From NCBI GenBank assembly GCA_965205655.1, contig CBDBIJ010000042.1, forward strand, positions 5,269 to 69,268: DNA of 64,000 bases, written 5' to 3'. The notes beneath the pieces are model-generated. The model did not search any database. It saw only the letters and a list, made by a program, of their open reading frames with translations, and was not told where the DNA came from. The translations under genes were made by a program, and so were the position numbers. The DNA comes from Candidatus Latescibacterota bacterium (lineage in GTDB: Bacteria > Latescibacterota > UBA2968 > UBA8231). Below are positions 46,641-57,055 of the stretch, piece after piece (the first letter of the stretch is position 1; every line of letters starts with the position of its first letter).

Positions 46641-48184
46641 GTTCGCAGATCACGTTATCCTTTGCAAGCATCTCGGGCAGGAAGATCGAAGCCGATTTTG
46701 ACGGCGGCACGACGACCAGCGATGGGGGCGCCCTGCTCCTGCGGCAGGCGGAATCCAAGATAGGGATCGTAGACCGAATCGTAAGGGCGTTGTGTGATCG
46801 CCGACATCAAAGCTATATCGACCATACCTATACCGACCTCATCAAGCAGCGCGTCTTCCAGATCGCCTGCGGGTACGAGGACGCCAATGACAGCAACGAC
46901 CTGCGTTCAGATCCGGCTCTGAAGGCAGCATGCGATCGACTCCCCCTGACGGGAGCCGATCTGGCCAGTCAACCGACCATGTCTCGTTTCGAGAACAGTA
47001 TCAGCCGCACGGACCTCTACCGAATCGGGCTCGCGTTACTGGAAACATTCATCGAGTCCTACGACAAGCCGCCGAAGAAGATCATCCTGGACATTGATGA
47101 CACGGATGATGCCACGCACGGTTCACAGCAACTGTCGTTGTTTCACGCTTACTATGACGAGTACTGCTACCTGCCCGTTCATCTCTACGAAGCAGAGACA
47201 GGCAAGTTGATCACCACCATTCTGCGACCCGGTCGTAGAATCCGTGGCCGCGAGGCCGCGGCGATTCTCAGACGCGTTCTGGATCATATCCTCATGGCCT
47301 GGCCGCAGGTGCAGATCACCTTGCGTGGTGACGCGCACTTCAGCACCCCGGAGGTGCACGACCTGTGCGACGAATACGGCCTGGCGTTCATTCTCGGACA
47401 AGCGGTCAACCAGAAGCTCAAAGCGCTCGGCGCACCGCTGATGGAGCAGGCAGCCGCCCTGGCGGAGCAGACCGAAAAGCCGGTGCGGCTCTTTACACGC
47501 TTCGATTATCAGGCCGATAGCTGGAGCCGTCCGCGCCAGATCATCTACAAGGCCGAGATTACGCAAGGAAAGGCCAACCCGCGTTTTGTGGTCACGAACA
47601 TTCGGAACCGAACGCCCAGGTTTCTGTATGAGAAGGTCTACTGTGCTCGCGGACGATCGGAAGGGTTCATCAAGAATCACAAGACCTTCCTGAACTCCGA
47701 CCGGACCTCCTGCCATCGATTCCCGGCAAACCAATTCCGCCTCTTCCTGCACAGCGCCGCCTATGTGCTTGTGCACGCGATCAAACATATCGGCATGCGA
47801 GGCACCCAATGGACGACGTCCAACTTCGACACGATCCAACTCCGCGTCCTCAAAATCGGCGCCAGAGTACGGGAGCAAACCACCACGGTGCGCTTTCACT
47901 TTCCGACGTCATATCCGCTCAAGGACTTGATGAGGTTGATCGTCTACAACCTCGACACCGCGTAATGCGCACGATGACGACGCACCAAAAAATCGATCAT
48001 CAGCACGACCAAGGGATCAGTCTGTCCGGAGGAAATGCAACACCGCCTGACACATCGACCTACGACCAAGAAACACGGACCCGAAAATCACACTTGAGCG
48101 AGAAACGCCTCAGTGCTTCATCATTTACCGAATCCCGATCAAACCTGAGCGAATTTATGAATTATTCAGGCTAGTAGTGGTATA

Positions 48185-49404
48185 TTCAATCGGTCAATGC
48201 AACATTCTCCCCACTAATCTAATCATAGGAGATGTTGCACATGGCTCAAATGGGACGACCAGGATTGTCCGCGTCACAGAAGTCGGAGGTATGGCGTCGA
48301 TGGAAGAGCGGCCAGTCGCATAGCGATATTGGTCGGGCGCTCGGGAAGCATCCGGCGTCGATTCATGGTGTCATCGCCGCCAATGGGGGTATCGTACCAA
48401 TGCCGCGTCGACGCTCTCGATGGGCTCTTGGCTGGGAAGAGCGTGAAGAGATCTCTCGAGGTATCGCTGCGGGAAAATCGATACGAATAATTGCGGCCGC
48501 TGTTGAACGTGCACCCTCGACGGTTAGCCGAGAGATTGCCCGCAATGGCGGGCGGCAGAAGTACCGAGCAAACGTCGCTGACCAAGCAGCCTGGACGCGC
48601 GCTCGCCGGCCGAAATGCTGCCGACTCGCATCCAATCTTCGTTTGCGGCGAGTCGTGGCGGGCAAGCTACGCCTGAAGTGGTCACCTGAGCAGATATCGG
48701 GATGGCTGAAGCGGGAGTATGCGCTTTTAGGAAATATGCAGATATCCCACGAAACGATCTATCGAACTCTCTTCATCCAGGCACGCGGGGCACTCAGCAA
48801 GGACCTCATTGCGCATCGGCGGACGCGAAGGATGATGCGGCGATCCAAGAAGGCAAGCACACGCGATCAGCCGAGAGGCCGGATCGTCGACGCCGTATCC
48901 ATCAGCGAGCGGCCTGCCGAGATCGAGGACCGCGCCGTTCCCGGCCACTGGGAGGGAGACTTGATCTCGGGGTCGAACAACACGCACATCGCCACGTTGA
49001 GTGGAGCGGCAGTCTCGGTTCACGATGCTCGTGAAGCTCAATGGCAAAGACACCGAGACCGTTGTCAAAGCGCTGATCAGCCAGGTGAAACGACTCCCCT
49101 CCGCGGTGCGGTTGTCCCTTGCCTGGGATCGAGGAATGGAGCTAGCTCGGCGCAAGGAGTTCTCGATCGCAACTGACGTCGAGGTGTATTTCTGTGATCC
49201 TCAGAGTCCCTGGCAACGAGGCACAAATGAGAACACGAATCGCCTTCTTCGACAGTACTTCCCGAGGAAGACCGATCTGTCGCCATTCTCCCAAGCCGAC
49301 CTGAACAGAGTCGCTCTTCAACTGAACCAGCGCCCGCGGAAGACGTTGGGGTTCGTTTCACCCGCAGAACGATTCAGTGAAGGTGTTGCCTTGACTGGTT
49401 GAAC
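48185..49404 (+). mobile_element. IS30-family insertion sequence, about 1.22 kb
   Basis: Terminal IRs: ttcaatcggtcaatgcaaca (left, from 48185) versus the reverse complement of tgttgccttgactggttgaa(c) (right, ending 49404), about 17/21. The right IR overlaps the 3' end of the transposase ORF, as is usual in IS30. Confidence 0.7.
48232..49402 (+). pseudogene. IS30-family transposase with a +1 frame disruption near 49000
   Basis: HTH N-terminus and ...GHWEGDLISGSNNTHIATL are in frame 1. (V)ERQSRFTMLVKL...SLAWDRGMELA...YFCDPQSPWQRGTNENTNRLLRQY (DDE) is in frame 2. The sequence acg ttg A gtg gag cgg shows one extra base relative to the family-typical IATLVERxSRF. Confidence 0.8.
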
Positions 49405-49537
49405 TCGCGGTCGCCTGCCTGATTGGGAGGGACCCCAATACAGACGGCGCGCGTCAGCGTTCGCTATTTGCGACCGCGTAATATACGCCAATCGCTCCCT
49501 AACCGGAACGTTTTTCTTCGTGCAAATACTGACCGGG

Positions 49538-50704
49538 CTACTTGATCCCCGCAGCCCGGCGGAGCGCTGCCGTCTTGTCCGTCTTCTCCCAGGTGAAAGT
49601 CGCCAGGTTACGGCCGAAGTGACCGTAGGCGGCCGTCTTCTCGTAGATGGGCCGCCGCAGCTTCAGGTGGCGGATGATGCCTTTGGGTGTCAGGGGGAAC
49701 ACCTGCTCGACGATGTCGGCGATTTCCTCATCGCCGAGCCCTCCGGTGCCGAAGGTGTCCACGAGGACGGAAACCGGCTCCGCCACCCCGATGGCGTAGG
49801 CGAGCTGAAGCTGGCAGCGATCGGCCAGCCTCGCCGCCACGATGTTCTTGGCGATGTAGCGGGCAAGGTAGTGGGCGCTGCGGTCCACCTTCGAGGGATC
49901 TTTGCCGGAAAAGGCGCCGCCCCCGTGGGGACACATGCCGCCGTAGGTATCGACGACGATCTTGCGACCCGTGAGACCGCAGTCGCCGTGAGGCCCGCCC
50001 ACCACAAACCGCCCGGTGGGATTGACGTGGTACACCGTCCTCCGGTCGAGCAGCCGCGCCGGGATGATCTTCTTGATGACTTTTGAGACCATGTCACGCT
50101 TGATCCGGGTCTGGGCGGCCTGCGGATCGTGCTGCGTCGAGATCACCACCGTGTCCACTCGCACCGGCTTGCCGTCGGCATACTCTACCGTCACCTGCGA
50201 CTTGGCGTCGGGTCTCAAGTACGGCAGCGTGCCGCGGCGGCGCAGCGTCCTCAGCTGCTCGAGCAGCCGGTGGGACATCACGATCGGCATTGGCATGAGC
50301 TGCGGTGTCTCGCGGCAGGCGTAGCCAAACATCATGCCCTGGTCGCCGGCGCCCTGCTCACCGCTGGCATCCTCGTCGACCCCTATGGCGATGTCGGGAG
50401 ACTGCTGGTCCAGAGTCACCATGACGCCGCAGCTCCGGTAGTCGAATCCGTACTCCGGCTTGGTGTAGCCGATGCTCTCGATCGTGGAGCGCACGAGACT
50501 CTGGATGTCGACCTTCGCCTTCGTCGTCACCTCGCCCGCTACCACCACCTGGCCGGTCGTGACCAGCGTCTCACATGCCACCCGCGAAAAGGGGTCCTGC
50601 TCCAGCATGGCGTCGAGGATCGCGTCGGAGATCCGGTCGGCGATCTTGTCGGGGTGACCCTCCGATACCGATTCTGAGGTGAACAGGTGCTTCTTCTTTT
50701 TCAC
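49538..50704 (-). CDS. metK: S-adenosylmethionine synthetase
   Basis: [26 protein letters not shown], and [17 protein letters not shown] motifs. Confidence 0.93.
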   Translation of the reverse strand: MKKKKHLFTSESVSEGHPDKIADRISDAILDAMLEQDPFSRVACETLVTTGQVVVAGEVTTKAKVDIQSLVRSTIESIGYTKPEYGFDYRSCGVMVTLDQQSPDIAIGVDEDASGEQGAGDQGMMFGYACRETPQLMPMPIVMSHRLLEQLRTLRRRGTLPYLRPDAKSQVTVEYADGKPVRVDTVVISTQHDPQAAQTRIKRDMVSKVIKKIIPARLLDRRTVYHVNPTGRFVVGGPHGDCGLTGRKIVVDTYGGMCPHGGGAFSGKDPSKVDRSAHYLARYIAKNIVAARLADRCQLQLAYAIGVAEPVSVLVDTFGTGGLGDEEIADIVEQVFPLTPKGIIRHLKLRRPIYEKTAAYGHFGRNLATFTWEKTDKTAALRRAAGIK

Positions 50705-50744
50705 GTTTTGCTCCTTTGGTTACCGTTGAGCTCGGCGACTTCTT

Positions 50745-52499
50745 CTACCGGCTTCTCGGCGACACCTTCGGCATCGCCTCCTCCAGAAGCGAGCGAACCT
50801 CGTGGCCCGATCGCATCTCGAGGCATCGCCGCGCCAGCTCCTGCGCGTCGCCCATGTCGGTGGAACGGATCACTTCCTTGACCTCCGGAATCAACCCCGG
50901 GCTCATACTCAGCATGTCGAGGCCGAGACCCACCAGCAGCGCCGTGGCCACTGGGTCGCCGGCCATCTCACCGCAGATGCTGGTCGGAATGCCCCTGTTG
51001 CGGCCGCTGTCGGCCACGGTCTTGATCAGTTTGAGAACGCCCGGATGGAAGGGTTCGTAGAGCTGCGCAACCTTCGCCGTCCCCCTGTCCACGGCAAGCG
51101 TGTACTGCACGAGATCGTTGGTTCCGAGGCTGAGAAAATCAACCTCCGAAGCGAAGTGATCCGCCATGATGGCGGCCGCCGGCACCTCGATCATGATGCC
51201 CAGCTTGCTGTCCTGCTGGAAGGTCTCCCCCTCCGCGCGCAACTCGCGCTTCGTCTCCGTCAGCATCTCTTTCACGCGACGCACCTGCTCGATGCTGGAG
51301 ATCATCGGCAGCAGAATCTGTACGTTGCCGATGGCCGAGGCCCTGAGCACGGCCCGCAGCTGTGCTCTGAATATGTCGGGACGGTCCAGACAGAGGCGAA
51401 TTCCGCGCCACCCCAGAAAGGGGTTCGACTCCGGTGTCGAGTCGACGGCGTGAAGAAGCTTGTCACCTCCCAGATCGAGGGTGCGGATGACGACGGGCAG
51501 GGGGTCAATCGCCTTGGCGATACGGCTGTAGGCCGCCAGTTGCTCCTCCTCTGTCGGTAGCTCATACCCCAGAAACAGCAACTCCGTGCGATACATTCCG
51601 ACCCCTGCGGCGCCGCTGTCGATGGCGCCCTGAATCTCGCTCGGCAAATCGACGTTCGCCATCAGCACGATCTCCGCCCCATCGAGGGTCACAGCCGGCA
51701 AGTCTGCCCGCGCCAGCAGATCCCGTTCGCGGCGGAGGTGGCGTCGCAACTGCGCCCGGTAGTGCCGATGGGTATCCTCGCCGGGTCTGACGTGGACGAC
51801 TCCGGCGTCGCCGTCGACGATCATCGAATCCCCAGAGGCGATCTCCCGGGAGCCGCTCACCGTTCCCACAACGCTCGGCAGGCCGAGGGAGCGGGCGATG
51901 ATGCTCGTGTGCGAAGTCGCACCGCCCCTGTCGGTCACCAGGCCTTTTACGAAGCGACGCCCCAGCTGCACGACCTCCGAGGGCAGCAGGTCGTGGGCCA
52001 CCACGATGGTGTTAGATCGCACCGACTCGAGCCCCCGCAACTCACCTCCCGCCAGCCTCATGAGAACCTGGTGCTCTATGTCCATGACGTCTGCCACTCG
52101 CGCCCGCAGGTACTCGTTCTCGATGTCGGCGAACATCTTCTTGAGCTGCGCCATCGTTGTGATGAAGGCTCGCTCAGCCGTACATTGCTCGCGTTTGATG
52201 CAATCGACCGTCGAGCCCCTTACCTGCCGGTCCTCGAGCATGGCGAGCTGGGCGTCGAAGATCTGGGCGAGGTCGGCGCCGTGCTCCATCTCAACCATGT
52301 GCCGCGTGCGCCGAATCTCGTCGCCGACAGCGCGCAACGTATGCAGGAACCGCTCTGCTTCTTCGTCGATCCGGGCGCGGGAAATTTTCCGGCTCGACAC
52401 CGGCGGCGTCTCAACCCGATGGACGAAGGCACTGCCGATGCCGATGCCCCTGCAGGCCGGAATTCCCGGCAGCTGTAAATGGACTCCCGAGCTATCCAC
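50745..52499 (-). CDS. ptsI: Phosphoenolpyruvate-protein phosphotransferase (PTS enzyme I)
   Basis: Phospho-His region GGATSHTSIIARSLGLPSV. PEP-utilizing C-terminal barrel (GMYRTELLF; IMIEVPAAA; FLSLGTNDLVQY; CGEMAGDP). Confidence 0.9.
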   Translation of the reverse strand: MDSSGVHLQLPGIPACRGIGIGSAFVHRVETPPVSSRKISRARIDEEAERFLHTLRAVGDEIRRTRHMVEMEHGADLAQIFDAQLAMLEDRQVRGSTVDCIKREQCTAERAFITTMAQLKKMFADIENEYLRARVADVMDIEHQVLMRLAGGELRGLESVRSNTIVVAHDLLPSEVVQLGRRFVKGLVTDRGGATSHTSIIARSLGLPSVVGTVSGSREIASGDSMIVDGDAGVVHVRPGEDTHRHYRAQLRRHLRRERDLLARADLPAVTLDGAEIVLMANVDLPSEIQGAIDSGAAGVGMYRTELLFLGYELPTEEEQLAAYSRIAKAIDPLPVVIRTLDLGGDKLLHAVDSTPESNPFLGWRGIRLCLDRPDIFRAQLRAVLRASAIGNVQILLPMISSIEQVRRVKEMLTETKRELRAEGETFQQDSKLGIMIEVPAAAIMADHFASEVDFLSLGTNDLVQYTLAVDRGTAKVAQLYEPFHPGVLKLIKTVADSGRNRGIPTSICGEMAGDPVATALLVGLGLDMLSMSPGLIPEVKEVIRSTDMGDAQELARRCLEMRSGHEVRSLLEEAMPKVSPRSR

Positions 52500-52773
52500 T
52501 TTCTTCCTCGAAGTCGCTTTGCAATAGTTGGGCGAGGGACTCCACTGCCAGCGATGCGTCGCTGCCGTCGGCTTCGATGAGCACTTCCGATCCCTGCTCG
52601 GCCGCCAGCATCATGACGCCCATGATGCTCTTGCCGTTGATGCGCCTCGTCTCCCCCTTCGACAGGTAGATTTCGGCGGTGAATTTCGCCGCCGCTTTGA
52701 CCAGCAGCGTAGCCGGTCGGGCGTGGATCCCGAGGCGATTTGCGATGACGACCTGCTTCTCAACCATTCCCAT
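52492..52773 (-). CDS. ptsH: Phosphocarrier protein HPr
   Basis: GIHARPAT (His-15 site) and GKSIMGVMML (Ser-46 region). 93 aa. Overlaps the ptsI start. Confidence 0.88.
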   Translation of the reverse strand: MGMVEKQVVIANRLGIHARPATLLVKAAAKFTAEIYLSKGETRRINGKSIMGVMMLAAEQGSEVLIEADGSDASLAVESLAQLLQSDFEEESG

Positions 52774-52788
52774 TCGCGATTGGTGGCA

Positions 52789-53613
52789 CTAACGGCGCCA
52801 CAGCGACAGGATCTTCCGCAAGGTGCTCCTGCCGGTAGCGGGAGACCTGATCTTCGCCCTCCTGGCGGGGGTTTGCCCGGCCTCCAGCACCTGAATGGAC
52901 TGACCGTTCACGAGTCGGCGGGGATTGTCGACGAACAGCCTTTGCGCTTCCTCACGGCCCGCCAGGCTCTCGACCCGATCCCTGGCTGCCGACAGCGCCA
53001 CCGGCCGCTTGTTCAGATCGTGGCCGTCACTGCCGACGAATTCAACCCATCCCTGTCCGATCCACTTTTCCGCCGCTTCTCGGCTGCGATTGCCGAAGCG
53101 GCCGGTCAGGCTCCCGCCATCGACCTGCAGCAACAAATCCTGCTGGCGCAGGCGCTCTATTTTTTCGGGTGATCGAGCCAGTTCGCGGTGACGTTCGGGG
53201 TGCGCGAGAATCGGCCTGAGTCCCGCGGCGCGCAGCTCGAAGAACCCTTGCTCGAGCCCCGGCGACAGCGGCCCTGGAGGCAGGTGGACGAGTATGAATG
53301 GCTGTCCCGCCAGTCGCACAGACGGCCACTGAGCCACTTCTGTGAGCCCGAAGCGGAACGCCACCTCGGCTCCCAGATGAATCTGGACGCCGAGTCCGGA
53401 TTTGGCGACGGCCTCCTCGAGTTCAGTGAATGTCCGCCGATGCAGCTCGTCTTTGTCCTGGCGGTCGTCGCTTTTTATATGCGGTGTGAGCACGGCGGCG
53501 GCAATCCCCTCCTGCGCCCCGGCGGCCAGCATTTCGAGCGCCACCTCGACGGATGGCGCCCCGTCATCCACACCGGGCAGGATGTGGCAGTGGATGTCGA
53601 CCATCCCATCCAT
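52789..53613 (-). CDS. PHP-domain protein-tyrosine phosphatase, CpsB/YwqE-like
   Basis: N-terminal VDIHCHILPGVDDGAPS. Later HP ... GSDGHD metal-binding motifs typical of CpsB/CapC phosphatases. Confidence 0.7.
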   Translation of the reverse strand: MDGMVDIHCHILPGVDDGAPSVEVALEMLAAGAQEGIAAAVLTPHIKSDDRQDKDELHRRTFTELEEAVAKSGLGVQIHLGAEVAFRFGLTEVAQWPSVRLAGQPFILVHLPPGPLSPGLEQGFFELRAAGLRPILAHPERHRELARSPEKIERLRQQDLLLQVDGGSLTGRFGNRSREAAEKWIGQGWVEFVGSDGHDLNKRPVALSAARDRVESLAGREEAQRLFVDNPRRLVNGQSIQVLEAGQTPARRAKIRSPATGRSTLRKILSLWRR

Positions 53614-53630
53614 GTTGTCCGTCGAGTCCG

Positions 53631-54443
53631 CTACTCGAGAACGTGAACGGCGGCGCTCAGTTCGCGCAGCCGCGCGGGGTCTTCCTCGACTGCCGTACCG
53701 GTTACCACGAAGCTGGCCCCTGACTCCACCTTCGCGCGCGCTGCGGACGGCTCCCTTATCCCTCCCCCCACCACCACCGGCAAGCTGACGTAGTCGACGA
53801 CGGCGCGCACCATGTCATCCGGCACCGACTCCACCGCCCCACTGCCCGTCTCGAGGTAGACGAGCTTCATACCGATGTATTCCGCCGCCAGGGCGTGCGC
53901 CATGGCGATGTCGGTCTTGTCTCGCGGCATAGGGCGCGTGGAGCTCATGTACTCGATGGATGTGGGACTCCCCGACTCGATGAGCATGTACCCCGTGGAG
54001 ATGACTTCTACACCGTGCTCTTTGAGGAGCGGCGCCGCCCGCACCTGCTGACCGATGAGCAATTCCGGGTTGCGGCCGCTGATCATGGAGAGGAACAGGA
54101 TCGCGTCGGCACTGGCGACGACCTGCCCGGCGTCGCCCGGAAAGCTGATGACGGGCACGTCCACGGCGGTCTTGAGGCGCTCGAACAGCATCGTGTTTCT
54201 GGCGGTCGACAGCATGAGACTGGTGCCCACGAGGATGCCGTCGGCGCCCGCCTCGGCGCACTGCTCCGCTCGCCGGTGAAGCTCATCGACGGACAGTTTG
54301 TCCGGATCGAGGAGAGTGAGGTAACCGCCGCCGCGGCGACGACTCACGTTCAGCAGGTATTCGAGCGTCGTTTCCACCTGCGCCGCTGCCGCATCGGCCT
54401 CGGGCTCGAAGACTCGCTTTGCCCGCTCGCTCCCGGCGCTCAT
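53631..54443 (-). CDS. Geranylgeranylglyceryl/heptaprenylglyceryl phosphate synthase family protein (GGGPS/PcrB)
   Basis: TIM-barrel prenyltransferase motifs YLTLLDPDK, ILVGTS, ISFPG, FLSMISGRNPE, VYLETGSG, and LPVVVGGGIR. Confidence 0.75.
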   Translation of the reverse strand: MSAGSERAKRVFEPEADAAAAQVETTLEYLLNVSRRRGGGYLTLLDPDKLSVDELHRRAEQCAEAGADGILVGTSLMLSTARNTMLFERLKTAVDVPVISFPGDAGQVVASADAILFLSMISGRNPELLIGQQVRAAPLLKEHGVEVISTGYMLIESGSPTSIEYMSSTRPMPRDKTDIAMAHALAAEYIGMKLVYLETGSGAVESVPDDMVRAVVDYVSLPVVVGGGIREPSAARAKVESGASFVVTGTAVEEDPARLRELSAAVHVLE

Positions 54444-57055
54444 TTGTCCAGCTGCGTCTGCACGATGTGCTCGGTCGCCGCCAGGGCAGCGTCCAGCTTG
54501 CCGGGGTCGCGGCCCCCGGCCTGGGCCATGTGAGGCCGACCGCCGCCGGAGCCGCCGGCCAGTTGAGCCACCTCTCGCACGATGTCTCCTGCCTTGAGAG
54601 ACCGATTCTTGACGAGATCGTCCGTTACCACGGCGATCAGGGACACCTTTCCCCCGAGGACGGCGCCGAGGACCCCGGCTCCCGATCTGAGCTCAGCTCT
54701 AAGTCCATCGGCCACACTCCGAAGCGAGTCCATATTGTCCACCTCCACCCGCGCCGATACCACCTTGATACCCCCGAGGTCGGCCGCGTCGGTCACGAGT
54801 TCGGAAGCTGTTTGGCTGGCGGCTTGCCGGCGCGCTCCGGCGAGCAGCCGTTCGAGCTCCCGATTGCGATCGAATAGAGATGTGACTACAGCGGACAGCT
54901 CCTCGGCACCGACGCTCAGCAGCTGTCCCATCTCGGACAGGGCGTCACGGTATTGTCTGGCAGTTCGCGACGCTGCCGCGCCTGTCAAGCCTTCAGCGCG
55001 ACGGGTGCCGGCTGCGATTCCGCTCTCGGACACGAGGTCGAACTGACCGATCTGTCCGGTCGATTCCACGTGGGTTCCTCCGCAGAGCTCGAGACTGAAG
55101 TCGGCGATCTTCACCACCCTGACTCGATCCGTGTATTTCTCGCCGAAGAGAGCGCGAGCGCCCATCTGCTTGGCCCGCTCGAGGTCCTCCTCGAAGGCGC
55201 TCACTTCGAGATCCGCCCGAATCCGCTCGTTGACCTCTCCCTCGATGTCTCGAATACGCTCCGGCTCGAGGGCGGCGAAATGCGAGAAGTCGAAACGCAG
55301 GCGCTCTGGGGCGACGAGCGATCCCATCTGTGAGACGTGATCGCCGAGGGTGCGGCGCAGCACTTCGTGCAACAGGTGCGTTGCGGTGTGATTGCGAGCC
55401 GCCGACAGTCTCGCCGTCCCCTCCACGATCGCTCTCACTGATCCTCCCACCGCGTTCACATCACCCTCGCTGAGCTTGCCCAGGTGCACAATGCCGCCCC
55501 TCGCTCGCAGGGTCGTCTCCACATCCAGCGCAAACCCGTCTCCCTCAATGCGGCCGGTGTCACCCACCTGGCCACCGGATTCGGCATAGAAGGGAGTCCG
55601 GCTCAAGAACAGTCGTACCCCTCGGTCGACGTCTGCATCGACGGCGACCACTTCGGCCTCGGTTTCGAGCTTTTCGTAGCCCACGAACGCGGAGTGCTCG
55701 CCGGGGATTGCCTCTGAATCGCCCGCCGCCAGCTTGAGCTGTTCGCGCGTCGCCGCGCGCGCCCGCCGCCGCTGCTGCTCCAGCTCCTGCTGGAACCCGT
55801 CCGTGTCGACACGCAGGCCGCGCTCGCGCGCCATGAGCTCGGTCAGGTCGAGGGGAAAGCCGTAAGTGTCGTGCAGTAGGAAGGCGTCGGCTCCCGTTAT
55901 TTCTCCCCTGTCGCTGACCTTCTCAAAAATCTCCAGCCCCCTGTCGAGCGTCGTTCCAAACCCCTCCTCCTCGGAGCGGATGACGAGGGAGATGTGGTTG
56001 CTTTTCTCGACGATTTCCGGGTAGGCGTCGCCCATGATGTCGGCCACGATGGCGGCGAGCCTGAAAATGAAGGGGTCTCGCCGGCCGAGATTGCGGCCGA
56101 AGCGGGCCGCTCGACGCAGGATGCGTCGCAGGACGTAGCCCGCCCCGTCGTTCGACGGCAGCGCGCCGTCAGCGATGGCGAACGTCAGCGCCCGCACGTG
56201 GTCGGCCACTACCCGCATGGCGACGCGGTGATCTCCATCGCTGTCCAGTTCCGTCAGTTCACAGATCCGGGCGATGAGTGGCTGGAAGAGGTCGGTTTCA
56301 TAGCTGCTGCCAGCGCCCTGTAGCAGAGTGCACATCCGCTCGAACCCCATGCCGGTGTCGACATGCTTCGCCGGAAGCGGGTCGAGGCGACCGGATTCGT
56401 CGCGATTAAACTGGATGAACACGAGGTTCCAGATCTCCACGTAGTCATCGCCGTCCTCCAGGATGCCTTCGCGGCTCTGCTGGGTCAGATCGTCGCCGAG
56501 GTAGTAGTGCAGCTCCGAGCACGGGCCGCACGGGCCGGTACTCCCCATTTCCCAGAAGTTGTCTTTGGCCGGCAGGCGCACGACTCTGTCGTTCGTCAGA
56601 TCGGTGTGCGCCAGCCACAGTCGTTCGGCCTCTTCGTCGGGCTCGACTCCCTCCGCTTCGTCTCCCTCGAACACAGTGGCCCAGAGGCGATCCCCAGACA
56701 ATCCGTAGCGCTCCGTCACCAGCTCCCAGGCCCACTCGATGGCCTCTTTCTTGAAGTAGTCCCCGAAGGACCAGTTTCCCAGCATCTCGAAAAAGGTGTG
56801 GTGCCAGGGGCTGATCCCAACCTCTTCGAGATCGTTGTGCTTGCCCGAGACTCGAATGCACTTCTGCGAGTCCACGGCGCGGTCGTAGCTCCGCGTTCCC
56901 AATCCGAGGAAGACATCCTTGAACTGGTTCATACCGGCGTTGGTGAAGAACAGGGTTGGGTCGTCCCCGGGAACGACCGAGGCGCTGGGAACCCGCTGGT
57001 GCCCATGGCGCTCGAAGAAGGAGAGAAACCCCTCGCGTACTTCTCGCGACTTCAC
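54440..57055 (-). CDS. alaS: Alanyl-tRNA synthetase
   Basis: FFTNAGMNQFK, WHHTFFEMLGNWSFGDYFK, editing-domain HTATHLL ... CGGTH, and C-terminal DHHA1 region. 871 aa. Confidence 0.93.
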   Translation of the reverse strand: MKSREVREGFLSFFERHGHQRVPSASVVPGDDPTLFFTNAGMNQFKDVFLGLGTRSYDRAVDSQKCIRVSGKHNDLEEVGISPWHHTFFEMLGNWSFGDYFKKEAIEWAWELVTERYGLSGDRLWATVFEGDEAEGVEPDEEAERLWLAHTDLTNDRVVRLPAKDNFWEMGSTGPCGPCSELHYYLGDDLTQQSREGILEDGDDYVEIWNLVFIQFNRDESGRLDPLPAKHVDTGMGFERMCTLLQGAGSSYETDLFQPLIARICELTELDSDGDHRVAMRVVADHVRALTFAIADGALPSNDGAGYVLRRILRRAARFGRNLGRRDPFIFRLAAIVADIMGDAYPEIVEKSNHISLVIRSEEEGFGTTLDRGLEIFEKVSDRGEITGADAFLLHDTYGFPLDLTELMARERGLRVDTDGFQQELEQQRRRARAATREQLKLAAGDSEAIPGEHSAFVGYEKLETEAEVVAVDADVDRGVRLFLSRTPFYAESGGQVGDTGRIEGDGFALDVETTLRARGGIVHLGKLSEGDVNAVGGSVRAIVEGTARLSAARNHTATHLLHEVLRRTLGDHVSQMGSLVAPERLRFDFSHFAALEPERIRDIEGEVNERIRADLEVSAFEEDLERAKQMGARALFGEKYTDRVRVVKIADFSLELCGGTHVESTGQIGQFDLVSESGIAAGTRRAEGLTGAAASRTARQYRDALSEMGQLLSVGAEELSAVVTSLFDRNRELERLLAGARRQAASQTASELVTDAADLGGIKVVSARVEVDNMDSLRSVADGLRAELRSGAGVLGAVLGGKVSLIAVVTDDLVKNRSLKAGDIVREVAQLAGGSGGGRPHMAQAGGRDPGKLDAALAATEHIVQTQLDK

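Larger units (their letters stand above)
45198..47965 (+). pseudogene. IS1380-family (DDE) transposase gene interrupted after codon 5
   Basis: ATG GAA AGT TCG CAG (45198-45212, GAGAGGA RBS upstream) continues in frame at 46649 (ATC ACG TTA TCC TTT...) once the nested element and one TSD copy are removed. This gives MESSQITLSFASISGRKIEADFDGGTTTSDGGALLLRQAE..., a typical IS1380 N-terminus. Confidence 0.85.
45094..48173 (+). mobile_element. IS1380-family insertion sequence (about 1.64 kb of own sequence) carrying a nested IS256-family insertion
   Basis: Terminal inverted repeats tagcctgaattattcataaa (45094-45113) and tttatgaattattcaggcta (48154-48173) match 19/20. The internal ORF is IS1380-type. 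Confidence 0.8.
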
